64,000 nucleotides of DNA from Octopus sinensis (lineage: Eukaryota), in contig NC_043008.1 of assembly GCF_006345805.1 (NCBI RefSeq), forward strand, positions 63,550,001-63,614,000, given 5' to 3'. The notes beneath the pieces were generated by a model that saw only the letters and a list, made by a program, of their open reading frames with translations, made no database searches and had not been told where the DNA came from. Every line of letters begins with the position of its first letter. Within the stretch, counting starts at the first letter, position 1. The translations under genes were made by a program, and so were the position numbers. Positions 1 through 13,062 of this stretch are shown here, piece by piece.

Positions 1-235
1 AATGACAAAATATTAATACATACTGCTCTTGCAATGGGACGTGATGTAAGTTATCTCTCTTGTCTATGACTTTCCAGTGTTTTAATACCAGATGAATCAA
101 TAAAAATATATAATCTGATGCCAACATATTGCAGCCTGCCCATGAACTGGCAAAACACATACCTTGTGTATGTGTGTTCAATATTGTTTATATACATATG
201 TGTGTATGTATGTATATATATATATATATATATAT

Positions 236-636
236 AGGTGTAGAAGTGGCTGTGTGGTAAGTAGCTTGCTTACCAACCACATGGTTTCAGGTTCAGTCCC
301 ACTGCATGGCAACTTGGGCAAGTGTCTTCTACTATAGTCCCAGGCTGACCAAAACCTTGTGAGTAGATTTGGTAGATGGAAACTCAAAGAAGCCCGTCAT
401 ATATATGTATATGTACATATGTGTGTGTGTGTGTGTGTTTGTGTTTGTTCGCCCAACATCACTTGACAACCGATGCTGGTGTGTTTACGTCTCCATAACT
501 TAGCAGTCCTACCAAAAGGGACAGATAGAATAAGTACTAAGCTTACAAAGAATAAGTTCGGGGGTCAATTTGCTCGACTAAAGGCGGTGCTCCAGCATGA
601 CCACAGTCAAATGACTGAAACAAGTAAAAAACAGAG
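236..636 (+). mobile_element. SINE family A (tRNA-like head, internal microsatellite, GTAAAAGAG-type tail)
   Basis: Head GTGGCTGTGTGGTAAG...GGTTCAGTCCC (A/B-box-like), central (TA)n/(TG)n, 3' part CTCCAGCATG...AAATGACTGAAACAAGTAAAA; about 20 related copies in the window. Confidence 0.9.
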
Positions 637-2104
637 TAATACACATACACAAACACATACACACACACACTCACACATGCACACATACACACACACATTT
701 GCATATACATATACACGCATATGCATAAATATATATATATATATATTGTTTTATGAGAGCCAAAACTGATTACCTTGAGTAAAAATATTTCAGTTTTGCA
801 ACTTTTTACAGCTTTGCTACAATGTTATAAATATTCTGTGTCAATTACAGTAAGTTTTGCAGTAATACAGGGGTACTCTACTGCTCTTTCACAGAGCCTG
901 GCTCCCAAAAGTAATCAAATTTTATTTTCTCTTTGAAATAATCCATAACGTATTGAATATTACAGAATTATAAAAAATCAAAATTAATCATCGTATTTGT
1001 TACCTGTTCTGTGATAAATAATATATCACCATTGTTGATTTTGTAAGCAAATATAGAGATGTACAAAATTTGGAGAATCTTTCATAATTCAGGTATGCTT
1101 TTTAAAATGTTAATGTGTTTTTCACACTATGTTCTTTGTATGTTGCTTTGAAATTATAGAGATTATGTCTCACCATTTGCATATATTTACATCTCTTATT
1201 TTACTAATGGTGCTTTGTTTCGTTCCTGTCCAAAACACATAACTCGACTTCTTCCACTTTGCTTCACTGACTTCAAACCATTCCAAAGCCAAATTTTCAT
1301 TCTTGCTAAAATAAAGTTCCAATCAAGTATTGGTAATAAGTCAATAACCTATATGCTCTTCTAAATTTCCGGTGTTCTTTCAGTGTTTAGCAACAAATTG
1401 TTCTTTAGCTCCTTTTAAGAAAAGATGAAAGTTACCAATGACTAGCACACCAACTTACTATTACATGTGTCGCAAAATAGTGTGTGGGTTTATTCTTTTG
1501 ATTTAACTGCCCAGATGACCAACAAAAATATACTATTATGCTTCATTTCTATCTCCACCAAAATAAATCTTTTTCTACCCATTAATATTTGCAAGCTGCT
1601 GTGTTAGAAATCTTTAAAGTAAAACTAACACTAGTTAGTGAGAATTTCAATGAATTTTAGTGAAAAATTATACATCATACAACAATATAACAAATATTTC
1701 TACACACTCTAATCAAAAAGAAAATTGAAAACACTGTTTTCATTATTTTTAACACTTTTCAAATTCACAATTTTGCTCTTCTAAGTGTATACATTTACAA
1801 TCCTATAGCATGTTAAAACAGATGCTATAATATTTCCTCTCCTTATTGATAATATAATACCATTCTATTTAGTAAATTGTTGATCCCTCTGGCATTGAAT
1901 TTCTCAAATTTTAAAATGAATAAACATTCAATAACATTTTCAGCTTTTTCACAATTACTAAACTGTTTTCTTTCTAAATAATGTTGCGATGATCATCTGA
2001 AAAGATAATAGTTGGATTGAACAAGGTTAGGAGATGAAGGAGGGTAAGGAAAACTTGCAAATTTAGTGTCAAAATCCTTTTTTGAGTGAAATAGGTAACA
2101 TATG

Positions 2105-2415
2105 TGGAGGCACAATGGCCCAGTGGTTCGGGCAGCAGACTCGCAGTCAAAGGATCACGGTTTCGATTCCGGGACTGGGTGTTGTGTGTGTTTATTGAGC
2201 GAAAATACATAAAAGCTCCATGAGGCTATGGCAGGGGGTGGTGGCGACCCCTGTTGTACTCTTTCACCCCAACTTTCTCTCACTCTCTCTTCCTGTTTTT
2301 TAAGTAACGCTGCGATGGGCTGGCATCCCGTCCAGCTGGGGGAACACATACACCACAGAAACCGGCAAACCGGGCCCGTGAGCATGGCTAGGCTTGAAAA
2401 GGGCACATAAAAAAA
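2105..2415 (+). mobile_element. SINE, head B + tail T1
   Basis: GGAGGCACAATGGCCCAGTGGTT...GGTTTCGATTCC tRNA-like head; 3' end GGCTAGGCTTGAAAAGGGCACAT+A-run, shared with the 34318 and 20852 copies. Confidence 0.85.
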
Positions 2416-2420
2416 TAGAT

Positions 2421-2832
2421 AGGTAAAGTGGCTGTGTGGTAAGTAGCTTGCTAACCAACCACATGGTTCCGGGTTCAGTCCCACTGCGTCGCATCTTGGG
2501 CAAGTGTCTTCTGCTATAGCCCCGGGCCGACCAATGCCTTGTGAGTGGATTTGGTAGACGGAAACTGAAAGAAGCCTGTCATATATATATATATATAAGT
2601 GTGTGTGTATATGTTTGTGTGTCTGTGTTTGTACCTCTAGCATTGCTTGACAACCGATGCTGGTGTGTTTACGTCCCCGTCACTTAGCGGTTCGGCAAAA
2701 GAGACCAATAGAATAAATACTGGGCTTACAAAGAATAAGTCCTGGGGTCAATTTGCTCGACAAAAGGCGGTGCTCCAGCATGGCCGCAGTCAAATGACTG
2801 AAACAAGTAAAAGAATAAAAGAAAAAGAAAGA
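2421..2832 (+). mobile_element. SINE family A, young subfamily, directly behind the head-B SINE
   Basis: Near-consensus, CpG-rich; the B+A pair is flanked by ATATG on both sides within the mariner relic. Confidence 0.9.
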
Positions 2833-4196
2833 ATATGGTCTTGCATTATCAAGTAAGAGTAACACTGCTTTATGACTGATCAATAATGATCAGTCATATG
2901 ATCATCTGGAACGATAATAGTTAGACTGAGCAAGGTTAGGAGACGAAGGAGGATAAAAAAAACTTGCAAATTTAGTGTTAAAAAATCTTTTTTTTTTTGA
3001 GTGACATAGGTAACATATGGTCTTGCATTATCAAGTTAGAGCAATGCTGCTCTATGATTGATCAATAATGAGTGTTTTTTCTGCAACGTTTTCTACAATG
3101 CTTCCAACTGATGCCAATATTTTCTGTATTAACTGCTTCCTGTTGATTAAACACTTCATACAAGATGATACTCCTCATATTACCAAGCATAGAACATAAC
3201 TTTTTTCAGATGTAGTCCTGGATTGGGAAAGGAATATTCCTTTCCATTGTCATTTTCCTTAAATATGATTATAGGGAAACCTGTTTTCATCACTTGCGAT
3301 GATTCTATCAAAGCAATATTTGGTAGCAAGCTTATTCTTTAGTAAGAAGCAGAAGGTAACACTTTGATTAAGGTAAGAAGCGATAAAGTATAGACACATA
3401 TTTTTTATATCATAGGAGTGTTTTATGATCAAAGTTTCACTTGAATTGAACTGTTTCCTAATTCTCATGCAGTTTGCTTTGAATTTTTCTAGACAACCAC
3501 TTTCAGAAGTTTAATATTGACAGAACCTGTTCATCCAGATTGAATGGAATTTATGTGAGAAAAATTTCCTAAGCAAAGCTGATTAAAAGGTCATTGGCAT
3601 ACCAAATGCTTAAAGCTTCCTTTCCATACACGGAATGAATATGAATATTTCTTGCTACTTCCCTTGTTGAAGAGCCTCTTTTGAATTTTACATTATGCAG
3701 TATCTGATATGGGTCTGATCTAAAAGCATTTAACCGATACAAGTTTAACTTTGGTATAAATAATCTGCTTAAAGACAAAAACAAACAAAAAAAACCTTTA
3801 GAATGCAATAATGAATGCTATTTTTTTCTGTAAATATTGAAAAATTACCCTGAAAGTGATCACGTCACAAATGTGACAGGACTTTCTTTCCAACCTATTA
3901 TATTTCCAGTGCAAACATACAAAGTTATATATAAAAATGCATGTTGAAAATACATTAGAGTGTAGTCAGGACATTTAAGATAAATGATAGTACTCCAGAA
4001 TATTTCACTATGATTAAAAGATAATGTTTGTATTCCATTCAAAATTTATCCCAAATAAATATTGGCCCCAAATTTCAAGATATCTAAAATTGTGAGAAAT
4101 TCTAAATCATTGACAATCTAAAGTAAACAAAATAATTTGTAACTTGTGGACCGAAGCAAGTAGCCATAATTAAGATTTTGGAGTATATTTGGCTTG

Positions 4197-4345
4197 TCAT
4201 CATCATTATCATTTAATGTCCATTTTTCATGCTGATATGGGTTGAATGGCTTGACAGGAGCCAGCAGGCAGAAGACAGTACTAGATTTCACTGTGTTTTA
4301 GCATGGATTTTACAGCTGGATGCCCTTCCTAACACCAACCATTTT
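4197..4345 (-). mobile_element. RTE-LINE 3' UTR fragment (family E)
   Basis: Reverse complement of GGTGTTAGGAAGGGCATCCAGCTGTA...GGACATTAAATGATAATGATGATG; degraded. Confidence 0.7.
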
Positions 4346-4670
4346 GTAGCATTTAAAAATACAGATTCTATTTTCTAGTTTACAGGTATGAAGTAAGAAT
4401 AAACCAATTACTTTGATAACAAATAGTCAAATAGCTAAGCTATCAAATGGATCTTCACCAGTTTTACAGCTGAATTATCTATTGATTGAATTAGTGTATA
4501 AGTGGCTGAGTATTCCACACACATGTACTCATTTCCTGATTCACTGATAGAATCAATATAACAAAGCTGAACTTTTTAATACAAGTGCAATCTAGCTGAA
4601 AGCCTCCTCACAATTTCTGTCTGCCCAGTGTCAATCACAACACTTGAGTCTACCTGAATCTATGATAAAA

Positions 4671-4671
<1 letters not shown>

Positions 4672-4713
<42 letters not shown>

Positions 4714-4812
4714 ACTCTCTCTCTCTCTCTGACTCTCTCTCTCTCTCTCTGACTCTCTCTCTCTCTCTGACTCTCTATCTCTCTCTTTCTGACTCTTTTT
4801 TCTCTGTCTCTC
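4672..4812. repeat. (CT)n microsatellite with periodic GA interruptions
   Basis: Direct read; GA inserted about every 18-20 nt. Confidence 0.95.
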
Positions 4813-6779
4813 AGAATCCAAAGTTTCATGATCACAAGGCAAACTTGTTAACCATTTGCTTGTACTCTATGTTGTATGTTCCACTTATACAAGCTTGTAA
4901 AAAGTTGAATGAATGTAAAACAGAAAGAAAAGAAAGAATGGAGATGTACCAAATTTATGTTATACATCATGTTTCTTTGGCACCAACAAAGTCAATTCTT
5001 AATCTACTTCACTTTTGGTAAAACATGTATAAAGTTTATGAATATATGGTTTAGTAAAAATGTCTGAATTTTCATTAAAAAGATGTCACTTTATAGAAAA
5101 AAAATAATAAATATTCTCACACACTATAATCTAAAAGAAAATACTGAATTGAAAGTTTTTCTCATATTATTGTTAACATTTTAAAATTTATAAATCTGCT
5201 TTTTTTAACAAGCCTTTGTAGTGTATATGTTTGCTGTCCTATAGCATTTTAAAACAGTTCCTATCTCTCCTGACAGTAATAAACAAGTGTAAAGAAAGGA
5301 AGAAGGAAATAAGTGTACAGCTGGGATAATAATTATCCAAATATATTTGGGAGTGGAACAAAGAAATATTGCAGTGTATGTGGATTTAAATATTTATCAA
5401 CAGGACATGTAATTACATTGAAACTCTAATAAAAAGTGCCTGACGAAATAAAATGTTTGTATATTTTACAAGAAATAATGTATAACTAAGAAGTTATAAA
5501 AATAAAAGTAATATTAAATTATTATAGTCAGGACAGTTAAAAAAAAATGATGGTGCTACTCTAGAATATTTCCTTAGGACTAAAAGAAAAATTTTATATA
5601 TTCCATTCAAAATTTATCTCGGATAAATATTGTACAGAATTTCAAAGCAAAGACACTGATTTTGGTTGTAAAAATATTAATAAAAGTCATTTTTATCATC
5701 AAATGAGCAAAGTTGCTTTGTATTAAAATAAATACATAAATTCTTCAGTTTATTTGAACAGTAAGACTTCAGCTGAAATTTAAATTTGTATGGAAACAAG
5801 GAATAATGCAAGAGGAAAAAAAAATGAATTTCTCCTCAGAAGCATTCATGCATTGGTTATTAATGAGCCTAATGTCTACTATACCATTGTTGGCATCCAC
5901 TTAGGGATGAATGTCTTTGTAAGAAACAAGCAAGCAAATGGTGACATGAAATATATAAAAATCCATACGATAAAAATATGACCATCATTAATACATGAAT
6001 AGCAAATAAATTCATTTCCTGAAAAGAATTTTCTATTTTCTTAAAAAAAAAAAAATTGGAAATAAAGAGATAAGAGGTAAGAAAAGGGAGGACTTTGTTG
6101 ACAACAAGTGTTTTAATTCTTTTAAAATATTTATTACTTATTTATTTTACTTTTATACTTTTTGCCATGTTCATGAATGTGATTTTGAAGAGAGTGGTGA
6201 AGTTGTTCAAAAGTAAAATAGAACAGGAAATCAGTCATAGAAAAGTCTAAGTCAATCTACAATGGAAAAAGTAACAACAGTGCATTTCCATTTGAAAAGC
6301 AGTCCTTCATAAATTATTTAACTGAATGGAAAAAAAAAAGAACAAAAATCGACAAAAGACAAAAAAAAAAAAAAGAAAGAAAGGAAGAAAGAAACAGTAA
6401 TAAGACTTTCAGAAATCTTAATATATTGGTTCACTTGAAAGGATATGTATATGTGGGGGCTGTTTTTATTTTTTATTTATTTTTTTTTTTTTTTCCTATT
6501 CTTAAGTAAAAAGTGTTTGATGTTGCTACTTTTACAGAGACGAAAACTGCAGTAAAATCAGAACATTAGAGAATAAATAGAAAATAATTTGAGACTTGCA
6601 GAAGGAAGTAAGTGGCCATAATTAGGGCTTTGGGGAATATTTGGTTTGTAGCAATGAAGGGAGAAAAAAAAATCTTCAGATATTCTTTATGGGAAAAAGT
6701 ACTGAAGGAATATCAGACAAATACACATGATTATAACATTTTTTTCACAGTTCGTATATGAGTGAGTGAATATATAGCT

Positions 6780-6846
6780 GTCATGTATACAGGTACATAT
6801 ATTTATATATATATACATATATATATACATATATATATACATATAT

Positions 6847-6900
<54 letters not shown>

Positions 6901-6927
6901 CATATGTACATACATACATGCAGATAC

Positions 6928-6978
<51 letters not shown>

Positions 6979-7420
6979 CTCACATACACATATATATGCA
7001 TACATACACACACACATTCAGATATAAGCAGGTACTGATGATTTAAGATATCCATGCATAAAGAGAAATACTACACAAAGGTAAAGAAGAAAGGCTAAAA
7101 TTAAAAAAATATGCAATATGGATATATTTTCAACATATATTTATCCCCCAAGGGTGTGTCTTGATAAATAACATAGGCATGTTTGTTTTCTTTCAATATA
7201 TCTATATCTATTTATCCATATGTATGTATATATATACTTAGATACAGACACATGCATGTATATGTGTGTATATGTATAAATGTCTACATGTCTATATGTA
7301 TATGTATATATATATGTGTGTATATGTTTGTATATATATTTATATAAATGTGTATGAGTATGCATGTGTGTATCCATACATATACCCACATGTATGAGCA
7401 GTTGTGTGTCTGTGCATAAA
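6780..7420. repeat. Compound (TA)n/(CA)n/(TATG)n microsatellite blocks
   Basis: Direct read; explains the YI/HI-rich ORFs at 6687-7428. Confidence 0.95.
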
Positions 7421-7684
7421 TGTACCATGTTCAGAATGGATAAAGATAAAATGAAACAGAGACACGTTATTAAGTTGTAAGTAGAAAGGAAAGTTAAAAG
7501 TCTCTAATAAATCTTATGAACATCAAAATAAGGAAAAAAAAATCAGTTATAGCTGTATAATCTCTACAAAACTAATTATCTATTATCACAATTACAATTT
7601 TCGATATCATAAATATTAGTACCTCTTTTGAATTTATTACTATATAGTCATCGGTGTAGCAGTATATATTTCCTCGGCAAAATA

Positions 7685-8030
7685 GTGAAAGCATGCAGTC
7701 TAGTTGTTAAGGTGTTGTGCTCACGAACATGAGATCGTGGTTTTCAATTCCTAGGGTGGGTAGTGCATTCTGTTCTTGACCAGAAAACCTTCATTTCATA
7801 TTGCTCTGCAGTTGCTTTAACATCTGATGAGTGGCACATCATTCGCCTGTTCAGACAATGTTGAGTTGAGAGAAGCAACGAAATTGTTTACCTCACAAAT
7901 ACTTGATCGTTATAAACAAGACATCTCTGCTGGTTGTTTACCCACAAATTGCATAATCATCCTTCTTGGACGTGAGAAGCTACCAAGAAGAGACTTATCT
8001 CAATACTGCATCAATTTTTGTGCTTGAATA
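7685..8030 (+). mobile_element. Old SINE, C-like head with an unassigned tail
   Basis: GTGAAAGCATGCAGTCTAGTTGTTAAGG...TTTCAATTCC...TGTTCTTGACCAGAAAACCTTCATTTCATATTGCTC resembles head C; 3' extent uncertain. Confidence 0.5.
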
Positions 8031-8299
8031 GAGATATAAATATAATCCAAATGATACGAGAAAAAATACTTTAACATGTCTTTAATGTATATATGCACAT
8101 GTATATATGTGCATGTAAGTGTATATATATATATATGTGTGCCTATGTATGAAAAAATATATATAAAGATTCTTGCAAACCAAATCCAAAAACGAAATAA
8201 ATTGGACAGATTGATTAGAGATGGCAAGGCAGGCTTGGGGCTGCATGAGGCTCCATTGTTTGTTCTGGCATGGTTTCTAATGCCAACCATTCCACAATG

Positions 8300-8589
8300 T
8301 AGTGTTTCCCAAAGTGGGTGATATAGCATCCCTGGTGGCAGTGGAATGATCCATTAGGGGGAGGGGGCATTAAAAAAATGTGTGGCATTATCAGGGTTGC
8401 CAAAAGGGGTGACGGATGTAAATACAACAAAATAATGGATTAATGAGATTAAGTTTTATTTGTGAAATGCAGTTAGTTTTGAATGTACTTCAGAAAGCGG
8501 TCTATGGTTGTGGTGGTAAGTGGGAGGGGGCATGACGGTGTCACCTGGTGCCAAGAGGATGGCAGCCTGAAAATGTTTGGGAATCATTG
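8300..8589. mobile_element. hAT-type MITE
   Basis: Ends TAGTGTTTCCCAAA / TTTGGGAATCATTG form imperfect TIRs; 8-bp flanks CCACAATG / CCACAGAG (6/8) fit a hAT TSD. Confidence 0.75.
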
Positions 8590-8770
8590 CCACAGAGTAT
8601 ACTGGGGGCATTTTATGCGATACCAGTACATAGTTACTGTGTGCCCTAAGTAGATGTACTTCAAGATCTCCTCAATTGCATCACTTCCCAAAAGGCAGTG
8701 AGCTGGCAGAACCATTAACATGCTGGGTAAAATACTTAATAGCATTTTGTCCATCTTTACATCTTTACAT

Positions 8771-9141
8771 CTTTTACTTGTTTCAGTCATTTGACTACAG
8801 CCATGCTGGAGCACCGCCTTTAGTTGAGCTTTGTAAACCTAATACTTATTTTATTGGTCTTTTTTGCCGAACCGCCAAGTTACGGTTCACACCAGCATCA
8901 GTTGTCAAGCGATGTTGGGGAGACAAACACAGACACACAAACATATACACACATATATATACATATACACATATATACAATGGGCTTCTTTCAGTTTCCA
9001 TCTACCAAATCCACTCACAAGGCTTTGGTCAGCCCGAGGCTATAGTAAAAGACACTTGCCGAAGGTGCCAGGCAGTGGGACTGAACCTGGAACAATGTGG
9101 CTGGTAAGCAAGCTACTTACCACACAGACACACCCGCACCT
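8771..9141 (-). mobile_element. SINE family A
   Basis: Near-full reverse-complement copy. Confidence 0.9.
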
Positions 9142-9144
9142 ACT

Positions 9145-9298
9145 TTCACATTTTGAGTTCAAATTCTACCTAAGTCAACTTTACCTTTCATCCTTTTGGG
9201 GGTTGATAAAATAGGTATCAAGTGAACACTGAGGTCAATGTAATTGTCCTAACCTGACCCCAAAATTTCTGGCCTTGTGCCAAAATTTGAAATCAGTT
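9145..9298 (+). mobile_element. SINE family D, 5'-truncated
   Basis: GAGTTCAAATTC...CTTTCATCCTTTTGGGGTTGATAAAATAGGTA...GGCCTTGTGCC. Confidence 0.75.
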
Positions 9299-9603
9299 GC
9301 ATTACTTCCCACCTGCATTTGGCCTTGTGGTGCATCTTTTGACTGCATATAATTTGTTTTCATTTTCAGACCCAGCTGCATGTATACACGCCCACCCCGC
9401 CGACCCACTTGATATCACATGGGTGTTGAAAATGAGGAAATGTTGTTTACTTCCAATCTTCTGTGATGTTTGACCATGGAGAAATATTACCAAATTTGGA
9501 AACAGCTGAGAATGTCCTTATTTAAAATTCATGCAAATGTCACTAGTATATCAATAAGCAAATTCCATCTGACCCATCGCAAGCGAAACTGGAGGAGACT
9601 CCA

Positions 9604-9672
9604 ATGGTTGTGGTGGTAGTGGAGGTGGTGGTGGTTATGATGATAATGAAGATGATGATGATGATGAAGATA

Positions 9673-9716
<44 letters not shown>

Positions 9717-9805
9717 GATATCGATGATGACGACTATAACGATGATGATCATGATGAAGATGCTGCTGTTGTTGCTTGTTTGTTTGTTTGTTTGTTTGTT
9801 TGTTG
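9604..9805. repeat. Compound (GGT)n(GAT)n(TTTG)n microsatellite
   Basis: Direct read; the (TTTG)n part is the tail of the adjacent minus-strand SINE. Confidence 0.95.
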
Positions 9806-10146
9806 AGCGAAGCGGTCTTTGTCCCATTTGTTTGTTGTGGAAGAAGTCCGAAATGTGGTTCTTTGCTATTCGTAAGGCCCGTAGAAGAGAAAGCAGGTCA
9901 ACACCCGACACTGAGAGCATCGACGGATGGATGAATGTGCATCCAGGCTCAGCGGTTGCGTAGGAAGTCGGGGACAAGAAACAGGAAGAAAAGGTGAGAG
10001 AAAGTTGGAGCGAAAGAGTACAACAGGGGTCGCCACCACCTGCCGAGCCTCGTGGAGCTTTAGGTGTTTTCGCTCAATAAACACACACAACGCCCGATCC
10101 TCCGACCGCGAGTCCGCTGCCCTAACCACTGGGCCATTGCACCTCC
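9777..10146 (-). mobile_element. SINE, head B + tail T2 with (AAAC)n end
   Basis: Head at 10146; B-box region internally deleted; TSD TGCTGTTG(T/C)TGCT at 9764-9776 / 10147-10159. Confidence 0.85.
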
Positions 10147-10597
10147 TGCTGTTGCTGCTGCCACTGCTGCTGCCTTCAGTAATATCCCTGCCGTGGGCAT
10201 ATTTCTGGTGAAATAGTCACTCAATGGGTTTATTTTCAAGGTGTTTTTGAGAAAGACCAAGAATTTCAAGAGATTTAGTTAAAATAACTAATGATTTCAT
10301 TTATCAAACTGGTGTTTAGAACATAATTTAACAAAAGACTCCTAAATAATATCATAACAGAAGGTTTTAATTTGAATATGAACACACTAAAAGGGATGGT
10401 ACAGTATAATAAGAGCCAGCGGTGGTCTCAGGTCGGTTCATATCAAAGGAGTTAATTATGACACTCATGTATGAAACAGATTACTATTTTTAGCAAAGCA
10501 GAAAAAGGCAATGGCTTATTGAGATTCAAGGTTTTGAAACGGAGAAACCATTGCTATCATTCAGATGTTTGTCACGACATTGGTGGGAATTGCGATG

Positions 10598-10628
<31 letters not shown>

Positions 10629-11289
10629 TAATGATCATAATAATAATGATGATGATGATGATGATGATGATGATTACAATAACAACAACAACAACGATGA
10701 CGAAGATGATGATAATATTAATGTTGAGAAATTATGTTGAGAATTGAAGACTCGGGTTGGGACACATAATGCATTTGCACTTAGGAATGAAACTATTTTG
10801 AGAATTGAATTTTAAAAAATTACATCAACAAATGAGAATGTCCTTATTTAAGATTCATGTAAACATCATTCGGATATCAGTAAACAAAGCAGATTTTATC
10901 TATCCATCTATCTATCTGTTTCTCTATCTATTTATCAATCTATCTATCTTGCCATCTGTCCATCAGTCTATCTATCTATCAATCTATTTATCTTGCCATC
11001 TGCCCATCTATCAATCTATCTATTTGTCTATCTATCTGTTTGTCTATCTGTTTATCCATTTATCTATCTATCTATCTATATATATATTTATATATATATA
11101 TATATATATATAGATAATAAATATTAGGGAATAAATCCAAACTTACAGGGAAAAATCAGATTTAGGATTGAATCCAATTTTATAGTAAAATATTATATTA
11201 TATAATATAATAATTTAATATAATATATATATAGATATATATATATCAGTCTGTCCATCCATCCATCAATCTATTCTTCTATCTACCGC

Positions 11290-11369
<80 letters not shown>

Positions 11370-11390
11370 TTATCTACCCATCCATCAAAG
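10598..11390. repeat. (AAT)n(GAT)n(AAC)n block and long degenerate (TCTA)n/(TA)n block
   Basis: Direct read: 10598-10720 and 10895-11390. Confidence 0.9.
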
Positions 11391-11396
11391 ACAAAA

Positions 11397-11750
11397 ATGT
11401 ACAGTACTCCAGTGATCCCTTGTCTTCTCTATGCCACAGAATGCAAGGCCCTCTACTCCAAGCACATTAAGGTCCAACTTCATTATCTGTCCTCCATCTT
11501 GCACATCAGATATCAGAATTGTATTCCCAATGTAGAAGTCATGTGCACACTGGCCCAACTAGTGTGCAGATCCTTATTACCTTATTGCAGCTGCAGTGGG
11601 CAGGATATGTTTGTAGGATGGAGGGCAAGTCTCCAAAATACAGTTTTCTATCCTGAACATTGTTAGAATTGATGTAGCCATGGTGGTCAGAGGCAAGGAT
11701 ACAGAAATGTGCTGAATCGACATATGAAGAAATCCAGCGTCCTTCACCCC
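11397..11750 (+). mobile_element. RTE (BovB-like) LINE relic, region C-terminal to the RT domain
   Basis: Y..PVIPCLLYATEC..LY.KHIK...LSSILHIRYQNCIPNVEV, then LQWAGYVCRM and GGQRQGYRNVL after frameshifts; matches the RTE pattern LLYGSETW...LRWAGHV.RM...GGQ.KRYKD.L. Confidence 0.85.
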
Positions 11751-12435
11751 ATGTACATACCTAGGAGAAGAAGGCTCTGTCAGGTGATGAATGACACCAC
11801 TTGTTGAAACTTGTAATTCCACTCATTCAGGAGAAAAGACAGAGAGAATATATAAGAGCACATGGGAAGTGTCACTTCTCCATCGCATCATGTAGCTCCT
11901 CCTGCAGCAGATGTTATCAGTGATCAAGAGCAGACCTTGTATCCCACATGAGTAGAGATGTAGCCAGGCAGAGAAGGTTATGGAACAAGAAAAGTAAACA
12001 TCAGTCTATGACAAACAGCCAAAGGAAAAAAGATATATATATATGAAAGAAGGTTTGAAAATGTAATTTTAAAGATGTTTATTGACTTGACCAGTTTCAC
12101 TTTTTTAGAAAAAGATTGTCAAAAGTAAAATGTAAAGCTTTGTTGTGTTAGGTACTGGTTGTCACAAAATATTACAATACATATATACATTCTTTGATAA
12201 TAATAAGAAATTGTTAAAAACAATATACAAGAAAGTATTTAAGAAGGTATTCAGAATGGGACTACAAAAAGTATTATGAGTTCAATAAAAATCATGTTTG
12301 TTTGGTAGTGTATATATATATATATATATATACAGAAGGAGATATATTTAAGAATTAATAAAAAATTAGAGAGAAATAACTGACCTGTCTTTCTGATATT
12401 TTCTGTCTTGTACACATATGATATATATATATATA

Positions 12436-12760
12436 TAGTGCAAATTTATAGAAAACAAGGAAACAAAAAAAGAAGACAGGTGAGATAACAACAAGCAGGT
12501 GTATTAGTTTGACACACAGAAAAATGAAAAAGTCATTGATGTTTCAAACCTACACTCTTCGACAGAAAAAGGGTTGACAAGAAAAAATATGGAGGGAAAA
12601 TAAAAAGGAAAACATATGGAGAAAAGATATGTAGGGATTAACTATATATGTATATAAATATTGACACTTTTCAGACAATCAAGGTCTCTGTTATTGTATA
12701 TGTTTACATTAATGTGTGTTGACTACAGCATTAGAGCATTTTAGCTCTTATTTCTAGTAA
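12436..12760 (-). mobile_element. Penelope-like terminal repeat fragment ending in (TA)n
   Basis: Minus strand CTGTCGAAGAGTGTAGGTTTGAAACATC...CAAACTAATACACCTGCTTGTT...CCTGTCTTC; homologous to 13063, 14190 and 47975. The PLE assignment is inferred from the GAAGAG..GAAAC motif. Confidence 0.5.
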
Positions 12761-13062
12761 TATTTAGTGACAATTATAATCCTCGTTTTTGATGAAACAG
12801 TACAAACTGCATGTAATTACACATGCACACACTCACACACATCAAAGACACTAGCCCTATTTACACACACACACACTTACACATTAACACACACCATTCT
12901 CACATACACATACATGCACACACACTTTCATTTGAGATCACCAGCACTTTATTATCTCCCTGTCTTTCAAACTTGCTTTTCTAATCATTTACTATGCTTG
13001 TCTGCTAAATCAACAAATTTCTTTCATTCTCTCTCTGTTTATTTTCTCTTATTCTTTTCTGT

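Larger units (their letters stand above)
1835..3720 (-). mobile_element. Decayed mariner transposase relic, interrupted by SINEs
   Basis: Minus-strand pieces in mariner order: KRGSSTREVARNIHIHSVYG (3600-3700), FDRIIASDEN (about 3290), LDNARPY (2845, 3025), PPSSPNL (YSPDL-like; 2030, 2930), RGINNLLNR...GEEIL (about 1835-1890); many stops and frameshifts; TIRs not found. Confidence 0.8.

Noticed and set aside
966-1092. AG...GT-bounded 127-nt segment ending MYKIWRIFHNS
   Set aside because: All frames contain stops; the resemblance to a GPCR motif is too short to support.
1190-1420. Short protein-like minus-strand frames (LALEWFEVSEAKWKKSSY)
   Set aside because: About 50 codons, no recognisable family, no consistent splice sites.
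2105-2180. tRNA-like sequences at SINE heads (also 18004, 37442, 48565)
   Set aside because: They have A/B-box-like motifs but no complete cloverleaf or acceptor stem, and they run into SINE bodies; not tRNA genes.
6538-6607. 70-nt segment with a good acceptor (TTTTACAG) and donor (GTAAGT)
   Set aside because: Stops in all three frames; could only be a non-coding exon, and there is no supporting evidence.
7820-7860. CTGATGAG hammerhead-like start (also CTGACGA at 32734)
   Set aside because: No stem II followed by GAAA at the required distance.
8615-8680. IEEILKYIYLGHTVT on the minus strand, like an RTE RT motif
   Set aside because: Only about 15 codons with no flanking support; plausible but not listed as a feature.
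9369-9470. Strong plus-strand acceptor followed by GC-richer sequence
   Set aside because: All frames close within about 35 codons; no good donor or homology.
9507-10863. 31-bp direct repeat (29/31) at 9507 and 10833
   Set aside because: Flanks are not collinear; too short to interpret.
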